From the NCBI GenBank assembly GCA_963785235.1, contig CAWAUM010000001.1:224001-288000 (forward strand): 64,000 nt of DNA, given 5' to 3'. Below, one piece after another: positions 1 through 10,396 of this stretch. A model generated the notes under the pieces. That model made no database searches. It was not told the origin of the DNA and saw nothing but the letters and a program-made list of their open reading frames with translations. How positions within the stretch are numbered: position 1 is the stretch's first letter; each line of letters opens with the position of its first letter. The position numbers and the translations under genes were made by a program. This stretch comes from an uncultured delta proteobacterium (GTDB taxonomy: Bacteria; Desulfobacterota; Desulfomonilia; UBA1062).

Positions 1-316
1 GGTTCAGCAGGTACTCGATGCCCTTTGCCAGCCTTGTTACGATCCTGGTCTTGCGCTTGTAAAGACCCTCGAGGGTCAAAGTGGCTGCCCCTGTCTCAAT
101 CCCGAACCGCCGGGCATTTTTCATGTGATCATAGAGGTTGATGCTTTCAATATAGGTCTTGGCAGGGATGCACCCCTTGTTCGTACAGGTGCCCCCGAAG
201 TTGGAGCCTTCGGCAATACCGACCCGCAGGCCCTTTTTTGCACCGAGCAGTGCGGCAGTATACCCGCCCGGCCCTGTGCCTATGACAAAAAGATCGTATG
301 GCTTCTGCGTGGCCAT
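1..316 (-). CDS. lpdA: Dihydrolipoamide dehydrogenase (N-terminal part, runs off window edge)
   Basis: Manual translation MATQKPYDLFVIGTGPGGYTAA...GGTCTNKGCIPAK: FAD-binding GxGPGG motif and redox-active CxxxxC of class I pyridine nucleotide-disulfide reductases; not in the ORF track. Confidence 0.85.
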   Translation of the reverse strand, partial: MATQKPYDLFVIGTGPGGYTAALLGAKKGLRVGIAEGSNFGGTCTNKGCIPAKTYIESINLYDHMKNARRFGIETGAATLTLEGLYKRKTRIVTRLAKGIEYLLN

Positions 317-318
317 TT

Positions 319-622
319 CTAAGTCTTTTTCCTCTTCTTATTGGGGATGGGGTAGAAGATATCTATGTAAGTATGCTTGAAGACCCCTAAGGCCTCCCGG
401 TGAATCATCAGCATCTCCCTCCGGGTGTAGTGCGAGTTTGTGAAGCTCGTTAAATTTCTCCACAAGGGAGTTGTATTCCTCAATGTTTTGTATTTGGCCC
501 ATAAGGGCATCCAGCTCTTTGAGCTGCTCAAGGACCGACTCGAGTTGATGTCCGGAGCTGCCCAGGGCCTTGGCCATCTCCTCCATGAGTTCCTGCTGTG
601 TCTTGTCAATGCTGTCTTTCAC
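319..622 (-). CDS. Small helical hypothetical protein (DUF6665-like), one frameshift near 430
   Basis: Joining two frames gives VKDSIDKTQQELMEEMAKALGSSG...REMLMIHREALGVFKH..YPIP; family assignment from memory. Confidence 0.5.
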
Positions 623-809
623 CACACAATGGGCTATAGCACACAAGGCCCATGGCGATAAAGGGCCTGACGCAACCACGGGCCACAAGGTGATAATTCG
701 AACAGGAATCCGTATTCTCCGGAACGATTCTATGGTAGGATACCAACATCTTAGCGGATAAAGAATCTCCTCCTGATATCCGATAAGCAGGCCTATACGG
801 AGGGTTATT

Positions 810-2126
810 GTGGATCTTGATATAATCTCGGAACAAGTCGACACCACGATACAGTCACTGGGGAAGGCTACCATCGAATCCCCGGTTAGGGGAAGCGCCA
901 TCTTTGTGGAAGACAGCGAGCGGGTCATCATAGATACCTCGCTGGACTTCTTCAACAGGTGCAGTCAGGGTGGTTCCCCTCCAACATCCTTTGAACTCTC
1001 CGGGCCCCGTAGAAAGATCTTCTTCGACCCTTCCAAGACCAAGTGCGGTATTGTAACGTGTGGAGGGCTCTGTCCGGGGATCAATGACGTTATCAGGGGC
1101 ATTGTCCTTGAATTGTACTATGTCTACAGCGTGGAGAATATCTACGGCATCACCTATGGTCTCCAGGGATTTATCCCCAAGTACAGGCATCCCCTCATCG
1201 AACTCACCCCTTCCTATGTCGAGCACATCCATGGAATAGGCGGCACCGTGCTCGGGTCTTCCCGTGGATCTGAAGATATCTCGGAGATCGTGGATGCCAT
1301 CGAGCGGCTGAATATGAATATCGTGTTCTTCATCGGTGGAGACGGCACATTGAAGGCATCTTCTGCAGTGGCCAGGGAGGCCTTGGCCAGGGGGTTCCGG
1401 TGCTCAATCATCGCGGTGCCCAAGACAATCGATAACGATATCCTCTTTGTTTCCAAGACCTTTGGCTTCGATACTGCGGTAGAAGAGGCAAGGAGGGTCA
1501 TCCAGAGCGCCCATGCAGAGGCCAAGGGGGCGCCTGACGGCGTCGGGCTCGTCAAGGTGATGGGACGGGACTCCGGATTTATTGCAGCCAATGCCGCCCT
1601 TGCTTCGAGGGATGTCAATTTCGTTCTCGTCCCTGAGGAGGACTTTGACCTTGAGGGTGAGAAAGGCTTTCTGGCCACACTCGAGAAAAGGGTCAGGTCG
1701 CGGGGTCATGCCGTGGTTGTTGTGGCTGAGGGAGCCGGGCAGAAGTTCTTCAAGGATCTCCCCGAAGAAAAGGATGCCTCCGGCAATGTAAGGAAGCACG
1801 ATATAGGCCTTTTCCTCAAGGACCGGATCGAGCGTTATTTCCAGGCACACGGTATGCCCACCAACATCAAGTACCTCGACCCGAGTTATTTGATCAGGAG
1901 TGTAGTGGCCAATGCCTCCGATTCGATCTTTTGCGGGTTCCTTGCCCAGATGGCGGTTCATGCAGGTATGAGCGGTAAAACCGATATGTTGATTGGTCTG
2001 TGGAATAATGTATATGTACATATACCCAATGCAATATGTATGAAGGGGAGGAAGAAGATCGATACGAGCGGGCCTTTGTGGATGAGCGTCAGGGAATCAA
2101 CCGGGCAGCCCGAAATGAAGAATTGA
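810..2126 (+). CDS. pfkA: ATP-dependent 6-phosphofructokinase
   Basis: TCGGLCPG, GGDGT, PKTIDND and MGRDSG motifs. Confidence 0.92.
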   Translation: MDLDIISEQVDTTIQSLGKATIESPVRGSAIFVEDSERVIIDTSLDFFNRCSQGGSPPTSFELSGPRRKIFFDPSKTKCGIVTCGGLCPGINDVIRGIVLELYYVYSVENIYGITYGLQGFIPKYRHPLIELTPSYVEHIHGIGGTVLGSSRGSEDISEIVDAIERLNMNIVFFIGGDGTLKASSAVAREALARGFRCSIIAVPKTIDNDILFVSKTFGFDTAVEEARRVIQSAHAEAKGAPDGVGLVKVMGRDSGFIAANAALASRDVNFVLVPEEDFDLEGEKGFLATLEKRVRSRGHAVVVVAEGAGQKFFKDLPEEKDASGNVRKHDIGLFLKDRIERYFQAHGMPTNIKYLDPSYLIRSVVANASDSIFCGFLAQMAVHAGMSGKTDMLIGLWNNVYVHIPNAICMKGRKKIDTSGPLWMSVRESTGQPEMKN

Positions 2127-2174
2127 GGCGTGACTGCTAAAAGGGCCAAAGTACGTTATCGAAAAGGAGTGACT

Positions 2175-2939
2175 ATGGATGACAAGAATTTATTAGAAGA
2201 TGATATTATTGATCTTACCGACCTTCTGGAGGAAGGCAGCCCGCCAAAGAAGCCCCAGCAATCCGACACACGAAAGAGGGTTGTGAATGAGCCTGATTCC
2301 TTTGACCTCGGCAAGGAGATATCTATGGATTATGATGTCTCCATTGAAGAGATCGAAAATGACACCACTGTGCTTCCCAATGATACCCCTTTGGATTTTG
2401 ACAAGAAGCCGGGCAAGCAATCCAAACTTGAAGAAGATATGAGTGACCTCCTGAAAGAGCCCCTGGGCAGCATCGAGTCTGAGATAGATCTTGCAATGAA
2501 GGACAAGTTCGAGGAAGTGAGCCTTACGGCAAAAGAAGAGGAAGTGCTCCTCAGTGAGACCCCGGCAGAAGAGATTCCCTCAATAAATAGTGAAGAGACT
2601 GATGCCCTCAATGAAGAATTCCCGGCCCCACCCGAAGAGCCTGTGAGGCTGCAGGAGGTTTTAATCCCTGCTGCGTCCACGCTGTCACCAATTCAGGAAC
2701 AACCCGGTGTCCAGGTGGAAATACCCAAGGTGAGCATCCCTGTTGATATGCCCACCGAGGCCATTTTGGATGCCGTTATCACTGAATTCAGGAAAGAAAT
2801 GCCTGCCCTCCTGGAAGGCATCGTAAGGCCGGTTGTGAAGGAACTGATCCAGGAGATTATCTCCTCAACCCGTGAAGTGATCCCCGGGATTGTGGAAAAG
2901 GTGATACGCGAAGAGATAGACAAGCTCAAGAAGCTCTGA
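2175..2939 (+). CDS. Acidic, Pro/Glu-rich protein with C-terminal amphipathic helix (PopZ/RomR-output-like)
   Basis: AGGAG RBS before ATG 2175; DIIDLTD motif, low-complexity acidic middle, C-terminal VIPGIVEKVIREEIDKLK; directly upstream of valS. Confidence 0.7.
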   Translation: MDDKNLLEDDIIDLTDLLEEGSPPKKPQQSDTRKRVVNEPDSFDLGKEISMDYDVSIEEIENDTTVLPNDTPLDFDKKPGKQSKLEEDMSDLLKEPLGSIESEIDLAMKDKFEEVSLTAKEEEVLLSETPAEEIPSINSEETDALNEEFPAPPEEPVRLQEVLIPAASTLSPIQEQPGVQVEIPKVSIPVDMPTEAILDAVITEFRKEMPALLEGIVRPVVKELIQEIISSTREVIPGIVEKVIREEIDKLKKL

Positions 2940-3020
2940 TCAGATAACCGCTTCGAGCCTTTTGCCTTTCCGCCTTGTTCATGCTATGAGGTGTGCCATA
3001 ACCCTCATCAGGAGTGCAAG

Positions 3021-5657
3021 ATGCTCGACAAAGATTACGACCCCAAGGATATTGAACAGAGATGGTACGACACCTGGCTTGAGAAGAAGTATTTCCATGC
3101 CAGTGAAGATGATGAGAAAAAACCCTGCTATACAATCGTAATCCCTCCCCCCAATGTCACCGGCGTGCTCCACATGGGGCATGCACTGAACAACACCCTT
3201 CAGGATATCATGATCCGTTACAAAAGGATGGATGGATATAATACCCTCTGGATGCCAGGCACCGACCATGCGGGCATAGCCACGCAGAACGTAGTGGAAA
3301 AGTATCTTGCAGAGAAGGGAACCTCCCGGCACGACCTGGGAAGGGATGAATTCATAGCAGAGGTCTGGAGGTGGCGGGAAAAGCACGGAGGACTGATCAT
3401 CAGCCAGCTGAAAAGGCTCGGCGCCTCCTGTGACTGGGACCGCATCAGGTTCACCATGGACGAGGGGCTCTCCAATGCGGTGAAGAAGGTCTTTGTAACA
3501 TTGTACGAAGAAGGCCTGATCTACCGGGGCGATTACATCGTAAACTGGTGCCCCAGGTGCCACAGCGCCCTGTCCGACCTGGAGGTGGAGCACGAGGAAG
3601 AAGACGGCCATCTCTGGCACATAAGGTATCCCTTGGCCGATGGATCGGGTGAGGTCGTGGTGGCTACCACCAGGCCCGAGACCATGCTGGGCGATACTGC
3701 CGTGGCGGTCAACCCTGAAGATGAGCGCTACGCAGCCATGATCGGCAAAGACCTTATCCTGCCTGTCATGAACCGCCGCATCCCCATTATTGCCGATTCC
3801 CTGGTGGACAAGGAGTTCGGCACCGGCGCAGTCAAGGTAACCCCTGCCCATGATCTCAACGACTATGAGATGAGCCTGCGGCATGGCCTGGAAGTTATCG
3901 TCATCATAGATGAGTCGGGATTCATGAATGCCAATGCCGGGCAGTATAACGGGCTTGACCGGTTCGAGTGCAGGAAACAACTCGAGAAGGACCTGGAGGA
4001 TCTTGGCTTCCTCGTGGACAAGACCGCCTACCGGGTGCCGGTCGGCGGGTGCTACCGGTGCAAGACCACCATCGAGCCGTATCTCTCCAAACAGTGGTTC
4101 GTCAAGACCAGGCCATTGGCGGATGAGGCCATCAAGGCCGTTCAAGACGGCCGGACGCGGATCATCCCCAAACAGTGGGAGAAGGTCTACTACGAGTGGA
4201 TGAACAACATCCGTGACTGGTGTATCTCGCGGCAGATCTGGTGGGGGCACCGGATCCCGGCATGGTACTGCGATGCATGCGAAGAGGTCATAGTAAGCGA
4301 GACAGAACCCAGGCAGTGCCCCACGTGTAAATCCGATGCGCTCAGGCAGGAGACCGATGTGCTCGATACCTGGTTCTCGTCCGGGTTGTGGCCCTTTTCC
4401 ACCATGGGCTGGCCGGAGCCCACAGCCGCATTGAAGAAGTTTTATCCCACCGATGTCCTCATCACCGGTTTTGACATCATCTTCTTCTGGGTGGCCAGGA
4501 TGATGATGCTGGGCCTGAAGTTCATGGGTGATGTGCCCTTTAAGGATGTCTACCTCCATGCCCTGGTGCGTGACGAGCAGGGCCAGAAGATGAGCAAGTC
4601 CAAGGGCAACATGGTGGACCCCATCATAGAGATGGACAAGTATGGGGCCGATGCCTTCCGTTTTGCCCTTACCGCCTTTGCCGCCATGGGCAGGGATGTG
4701 CGAGTCAGCGACAAGCGCATCCAGGGATACCGCTTTTTCATCAACAAGATCTGGAACGCCGGCAAGTTCGTTCTGGCGAATATCAAAGGGTTCGAACCCG
4801 AAGAGGTCACCCTTGATCCGGCAAAACTCGGGCTTGCGGAAAAATGGATACTGACCGAGCTGAACAAAACCATCCGGGATGCACGGCTCGCCCTTGATGA
4901 ATACCGCTACAACGACGCAGCGGACATCCTCTATCAGTTCACCTGGCATACCTACTGCGACTGGTACATCGAGCTGTCCAAGTCCATGCTGAACGCCGAA
5001 GGGTCTCAGTACACCAGGTGGGTGCTGCACTATGTGCTGAAGTCCATCCTCGAACTCCTGCACCCCATCATCCCCTTTGTCACCGAAGAGATCTGGCAGT
5101 GTCTGCCGGGCAGGGTGGGTGAGTCCATAGTAATCGCCTCCTATCCCAAGGCCAGGCCGGAGCTGGACTTTGTGGACGATGCCGAGCTCATGAGCTATAT
5201 CATCGAGGTTATCTCGGGTGTGCGCAGCATCAGGGGAGAGACGGGCATATCTCCTGCCGTGGTGCTCGATGTGGCCATCAGGGTGCCTGACGCAAAGCTG
5301 CAATCCATGCTGGGCGCCAACAGCATCCATATCAAGGACCTTGCAAGGGTTTCTCAGGTGAGGTTTATAGCCAATGAATCCGAGCGCCCGAAGAAGTGCG
5401 CCCTTTCCGTAAGGAAGGGACTCGAGGTCTATGTGCCCCTTGAAGGTATTATCGACATCGACAAAGAGACTGACCGGTTGAACAAGCAGATGGGCAAGGT
5501 GAACAAGGAGCTCGCAGAGAAGCTCAAGAAGCTGTCGAACCCCAACTTTGTGGAAAAGGCGAAGAAGGAAGTGGTGGAAGAGCAGCTCAAGATAAAGCAA
5601 GACCTTGAGTTCGAACTCATAAGCCTCAAGAAGGCCCATGCGCTGCTTCAAGGGTGA
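3021..5657 (+). CDS. valS: Valine--tRNA ligase
   Basis: PPPNVTG.LHMGH (HIGH), DWCISRQ, KMSKS, C-terminal coiled coil; AGGAG RBS before 3021. Confidence 0.98.
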   Translation: MLDKDYDPKDIEQRWYDTWLEKKYFHASEDDEKKPCYTIVIPPPNVTGVLHMGHALNNTLQDIMIRYKRMDGYNTLWMPGTDHAGIATQNVVEKYLAEKGTSRHDLGRDEFIAEVWRWREKHGGLIISQLKRLGASCDWDRIRFTMDEGLSNAVKKVFVTLYEEGLIYRGDYIVNWCPRCHSALSDLEVEHEEEDGHLWHIRYPLADGSGEVVVATTRPETMLGDTAVAVNPEDERYAAMIGKDLILPVMNRRIPIIADSLVDKEFGTGAVKVTPAHDLNDYEMSLRHGLEVIVIIDESGFMNANAGQYNGLDRFECRKQLEKDLEDLGFLVDKTAYRVPVGGCYRCKTTIEPYLSKQWFVKTRPLADEAIKAVQDGRTRIIPKQWEKVYYEWMNNIRDWCISRQIWWGHRIPAWYCDACEEVIVSETEPRQCPTCKSDALRQETDVLDTWFSSGLWPFSTMGWPEPTAALKKFYPTDVLITGFDIIFFWVARMMMLGLKFMGDVPFKDVYLHALVRDEQGQKMSKSKGNMVDPIIEMDKYGADAFRFALTAFAAMGRDVRVSDKRIQGYRFFINKIWNAGKFVLANIKGFEPEEVTLDPAKLGLAEKWILTELNKTIRDARLALDEYRYNDAADILYQFTWHTYCDWYIELSKSMLNAEGSQYTRWVLHYVLKSILELLHPIIPFVTEEIWQCLPGRVGESIVIASYPKARPELDFVDDAELMSYIIEVISGVRSIRGETGISPAVVLDVAIRVPDAKLQSMLGANSIHIKDLARVSQVRFIANESERPKKCALSVRKGLEVYVPLEGIIDIDKETDRLNKQMGKVNKELAEKLKKLSNPNFVEKAKKEVVEEQLKIKQDLEFELISLKKAHALLQG

Positions 5658-6377
5658 TGGAACCACTGAAATCAAAAAAGATTATCACGGAGTTCATAGA
5701 GCTTAACCAGGTGGACTCCACCAATCAATATGCCCTGGACAAAAGCAGGCCGGGGCTTCTTGTCACTGCCCGCGCCCAGAATGCAGGCCGGGGAAGGCGG
5801 GGAAGGCCGTGGTTCTCGCCTGCCGGTGAGAATGTGTACATGACGCTCACCGTCGCGCCGCCTGAAGAACGCTACCCCATTATTGCAGGTGTTGCCGTAC
5901 GGGCCGCCATTGCCGGCCTTGTTCCGGATGAGGCAGTGGCCGTCAAGTGGCCCAATGACATTGTCATATCAGGCAGGAAGGTGTGCGGGATCCTCTGTGA
6001 GACCAGGGGGCCCATCACCGCCATCGGCATCGGCGTCAATGTGAACCAGCAGGCATGGCCAAAAGAGCTTGAGCACAGGGCTTGTTCATTGAAGCAGTAT
6101 TCACATGATGGATTCAGTGTCAAATAAGGTGATTGAGTTGGTATCGGAGCACCTCTGCGCCTGGATTGATGTGTTCCGCAGCCAGGGCTTCGCTCCGGTC
6201 AGGGAGGAGTTCCTCCGCCATGGCCTGTTGCAAGGTTATGAGGTCTTTCATGAAAAGGGCCAAAGATGCACCATTGTCGACCTCACCATGGATGGACATC
6301 TCATTATCAGGGAAGGCGAGACGGAAATGGAACTTATTCATGAGCCTGTGTCTCTGGGATGGGATAAGGACTTGTAA
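5654..6377 (+). CDS. birA: Biotin--[acetyl-CoA-carboxylase] ligase, frameshifted near 6122
   Basis: DSTN, QNAGRGRRGRPW, KWPND, KVCGIL, GIGVNV motifs; C-terminal part continues in ORF 6105..6377. Confidence 0.9.
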
Positions 6378-6390
6378 GACACGAACACTT

Positions 6391-6642
6391 TTATCGCGTT
6401 TTTGAAAGCAACTCCCCTTCGATGTACCGGTGGATTATGCCGGAAATGAGTGTCTGATAGGGGATACCCATTTTCATCGCTTTCTTTTGGATGCCCTGAT
6501 AATCATGTTCATAGAGACGTATGGTAATTGGTTTATCTTTTACAAAAGTCTTTCGTGCCGTTGCCTTGATTGCCTCGATCTCCTTTTTTGCCCAGGATAG
6601 TTCCCTTGGTCGGGATGATCCTATACTGCGTGGGACTTTCAC
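6391..6642 (-). CDS. CopG/RHH-family (BrnA-like) antitoxin, no intact toxin seen
   Basis: KDKPITIRL...KAMKMGIPYQTLISGIIHRY resembles CopG-family antitoxins. Confidence 0.7.
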   Translation of the reverse strand: MKVPRSIGSSRPRELSWAKKEIEAIKATARKTFVKDKPITIRLYEHDYQGIQKKAMKMGIPYQTLISGIIHRYIEGELLSKTR

Positions 6643-7323
6643 TTTTTAATCCGCCTTGCCGTTCTCCCGGCGCACCAGGGATCTATGATCCTGCTTGAGT
6701 GATAGTATTCTATAACTGTCCATACTAACTTGTAAAAGAAACAATGATGGGTATAATGGGAACATAAGGTAACTGAAATGAAAGTAGTCATCTTTTGCTT
6801 TAATACGCAAGACGAGTTGAGCATGTAAATCTTTGTATTATATTCTTATTATAGTTTTGTAATTGGAGTACCGGGGTTATCAGAGCATCCGAGTTCAAAG
6901 AGGATCACTGAAGAGACCACCCAAAAGCCTGATCTGGAAGCTTTCGCACAGATCAGCAAAGAGAAATGGCGGTCTCCCTATGATATCCCTGGAGAGTATC
7001 ATTCAGAAAGATGATCCCGAAAAAACCAGCCAATGAGCTGGCTGCGGCCCTATCATACGGATAGGGCTTACGGTCCCTCTCATGACTAACACATGGAGCA
7101 GAGATGGGGATAATCAAAGGGGACATTTTTAACGAGTCTTGACAATGCCTCATAATCAGTATTGATATTTCACAAGACAGATTTACTATTACTGATGATG
7201 TACTTTAGTCAAATGATCGTTTCAGTGCAGCTCTTTTTGGGGAAAGACCAAAGCTTCATAATAACCCTTTGCGTACTTCATGAAGTGAAAGAGTAAGTGT
7301 ATTCAATAAGGGGGATAAATCTC

Positions 7324-7725
7324 ATGAAGAATGAAACCCGGAAGAAAATCTATTTTTGGGGTTCCTTATGGAATTTTGGTTTCTCATTCAATGGTCTGGT
7401 GATGCCAAGTCTCACCATGTGGCTCATCTCCGGATCAAAGAATATAATTACCGGGGTTCTGCCCCGGACCTTCTTTGCATTCTTCTGGTCAGCAGTGGGC
7501 GTCTTTGGGTGGGGTTACTACCTCGTATCACGTGACCCGGAAAAGAATCAGGGTGTCATCTGGATGGGATGCTTTGCAAAAGTTGGCATCTTTCTCACTT
7601 TTGCCCGTCTCTATCTACGCAAGTACATAACGCTCTTCGGCTTTCTGTGTGCCCTGGGAGACTTGATATGGACGATCCTCTTCCTTGCTGCACTGCGTGG
7701 AGAGAAACAGGAAGAGAAAGCCTGA
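7324..7725 (+). CDS. Small integral membrane protein (about 4 TM), unknown function
   Basis: Four hydrophobic segments; GGGGA RBS before ATG 7324. Confidence 0.65.
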   Translation: MKNETRKKIYFWGSLWNFGFSFNGLVMPSLTMWLISGSKNIITGVLPRTFFAFFWSAVGVFGWGYYLVSRDPEKNQGVIWMGCFAKVGIFLTFARLYLRKYITLFGFLCALGDLIWTILFLAALRGEKQEEKA

Positions 7726-7791
7726 AAAATGTGTCCTGAGTAAGCATAAAGAGCTGGATGACTGAGCTTTAACGTCATTTCTGATTTCCTC

Positions 7792-8091
7792 ATGGAATCT
7801 ATACTTAAACCTATGGCTCTTAGCCAGTATCGTTTGGCCAAGGAAATTGGCGTACCCGCTCAGCGTATCAGTGAGATTGTTGCTGGCAAGCGTTCGATTA
7901 CAGCTGATACCGATTTGCGGTTGTGCCGGTTCTTTGGTCTATCCAACGGCTATTGGTTACGCGCTCAGGCTGCCCACGATACGGAGGTTGCAGAGCGCTC
8001 TCTAGGCCCATCGCTAAAGAAGATCAAACCTTGGTCTGCATATGCGGACCAACAAGGGGCTCCAGCTAATGTTCGTACCTCGCACGGCTGA
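7792..8091 (+). pseudogene. higA: HigA-family HTH antitoxin, N-terminally degraded, no higB
   Basis: LKPMALSQYRLAKEIGVPAQRISEIVAGKRSITADTDLRLCRFFG..GYWLRAQ is typical HigA; the usual PGE..LEEF start is missing. Confidence 0.8.
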
Positions 8092-8105
8092 GCTTTTTGT
8101 TACTG
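8047..8105 (+). other. Solo integron attC-like site (59-base element)
   Basis: GACCAAC (R'') .. GCTCCAGC (L'') .. GCTGAGC (L') .. GTTACTG (R'); 59 bp with an extrahelical base in L''; at the 3' end of higA. Confidence 0.65.
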
Positions 8106-8361
8106 CACCGAAAGTGAGGCGTAACGATCAGAATACACTTATCCCTGTCAGCCAGGAAGTGTCTGAACCTGACCACGCTCGTTCAACTTCAAAAGTATGC
8201 TTGAGTAGGATGATCCCATTATAATACCTGGCACTATTTCACCGCGCCAATAAGCCTCTAAAGAAGATAAAGGCAATATTTTCTCTCGCGCATGAAATAT
8301 TTTCCGACGAGAGCCTGGTAACGACCTGTCCATAAATAGGAAGCGCCCGCACCTTCTCTTG

Positions 8362-8377
8362 TGGCACAATGGTTGCT
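8362..8377 (+). promoter_or_regulatory. Sigma-54 (-24/-12) promoter in front of zorA
   Basis: TGGCAC-AATGG-TTGCT, exact match to TGGCAC-N5-TTGCW. Confidence 0.65.
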
Positions 8378-8389
8378 CATATAAAGGGT

Positions 8390-10396
8390 ATGATGATAGA
8401 CTTTGTCCGCCATTTTCTGATCATAGCAATAATATCCCTGACACTTATTGCCATAGCATTGAGTTTTTTCACTCAATTCGTCCTGCCGGCCATGCGCCTC
8501 AGGAAGGACCTTCAGGCGACCATCGAGCGGGTCAGGCGTTTAAAGGCTGCCTCCAAGGGCAAGATAACCGACCTTGAGGAGATCTCGCAGGAGATGCTGA
8601 CAAGTGATAGGTTCAGCCATCCCTGGCAGGAGTATCGCGAAACACTCCATGAACAACAGTGCGCTGATCCTTCCGGCAAAGGCAAGTCGGTGCGGTGGCG
8701 TTCCACAACCCTGGCTGAAACCTTCTTCTCCGAGCAGGCCCTGGTAGATACCCCATTAAAGACCTCTTTCTACAAGCATCTGCCCGGGATACTCACCGGG
8801 CTCGGCATCATCGGCACGTTCTCGGGCCTCATCGTGGGCCTGATCAGGTTCGAGGTGTCCGGCGATGCGGACAAGGTGCGTGCGAGCCTGAACGGCCTTA
8901 TCCAGAGCGTGGGGTATTCCTTCGTTGTGTCCGCTACGGCCATCACGCTCGCCATGATCTTCATCTGGGTGGAAAAATCACTCGTTACTGCATGCTACCG
9001 GCATGTGGAGAAGTTGTGCCAGCTCATAGACAGCCTCTTCGATACCGGTGCCGGGGAGGAGTATCTGGCGCGCCTGGTGGTTGCCGCCGAGACTTCGGCA
9101 GAGCATTCGCTCACCATAAAGGATTCCCTGGTAACCGACCTCAGGCAGGTCTTCACCGAGCTCGCCACCCAGCAGATGAAGGCCTCGGCCCTGCTCAGCA
9201 AGAATCTCTCCGTAACCATCGCACAAGGTATAACCAGGAGCATAGAGGAACCCATGGGGCGGATCTCCATGGCCGTCCAGAAGGCAAGCGCGAACCAGGG
9301 CGAGGCGGTGAACAAGGTCCTCTCCGATGTCCTGGCAGGCTTTTCTTCGCAGATGCAGGGCATGTTCGGCAATCAGTTCCATGAAATGGGCGACATCCTG
9401 AAAGGAACCGCAGAGGCAATCCAGGGGGCTGCCCTGCAGGTGAGCAGGTGCGTTGAAACCATGCAGGCACGGGAAAAGGAACGGAACAGGCCATGGCCGA
9501 ACGCCTGAACAGCGCGGTCAACTCGCTGGATGAACGTCAGAAGATCATGGACAGGTCCATGAGTGTCTTTGTGGAAAAGACCTCTGAAGTGAACACCTCC
9601 CAGACAGATGCAACAAGGAATATGCAGTCCATCCTTACCGACATCGGGGAACGGATGGCGGGCATTGTTACCCAGATCGAGACACAATCACGCCACACGG
9701 CACAGGAGTATGAAGCGCGCCAGGGCAGACTGGCAGAGCAGAGTGTCTCCATAATGGGCGAGATTAACGAACCAGCTCAGGACCTTAGCGGGTGAGATGA
9801 GGCAGGCGGGTGAGATTACCCGTGACAGCGCTACAAACCTGGCATACATCACCAAGGAATCCACAGGGCTGTTCAATGCAGGTGCACATGCCCTGCAGGT
9901 TTCTTTCAAAGACTTTTCAAAGGCGTCGGGCATGGTGAGCAGTACCATGCAGGCCATAGAGAAGGCATCCGCTGAGATCCAGGGCGCCTCATCCAACCTC
10001 GCCCAGGCAACGAACGGGGTAAAGGATATGATGGACGAGCACGCCCGCACGAGCGATATCTTTGCAACCATTGTCTCAGAGCTCAGGTCCACCATTGAGA
10101 ATGCCCGGCACGAGGCGTCCATGACCACCCAGATCGTTGAGAGGATACAGAAGGCAACCGAGCAGCTCGGCATAGCCCAGAACAAGGCGGAGGAATATCT
10201 CCATGGGTTGACTGATGTGCTGGCCCAGGCGCATGCCGAGTTTGCCGGGAATATCGAACTGACGCTCCGGAAGAGCAATACCCAGTTCCATGAAGAGCTC
10301 TCCAGGGCCGTGTCGCTGGTATCAGGGGCAATACAGGATTTCGGGGATGTCCTCGACTCGGCATCGGACAAGGGTGATAAGCAATGCTGGGTCTAA
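8390..10396 (+). CDS. zorA: Zorya ZorA (MotA-like membrane domain plus long helical tail), frameshifts near 9490 and 9790
   Basis: FYKHLPGILTGLGIIGTFSGLIVGL and further TM helices followed by a long amphipathic helical tail across ORFs 8369..9508, 9493..9795 and 9797..10396; start codon uncertain. Confidence 0.88.

Noticed and set aside
2979-5675. 898-aa ORF antisense to valS
   Set aside because: Shadow ORF mirroring valS codons; no recognisable motifs. The same applies to 19044..20519, 38709..39647 and 41635..42711
6639-6824. BrnT-like toxin upstream of the CopG antitoxin
   Set aside because: The 61-aa ORF shows no recognisable toxin motifs
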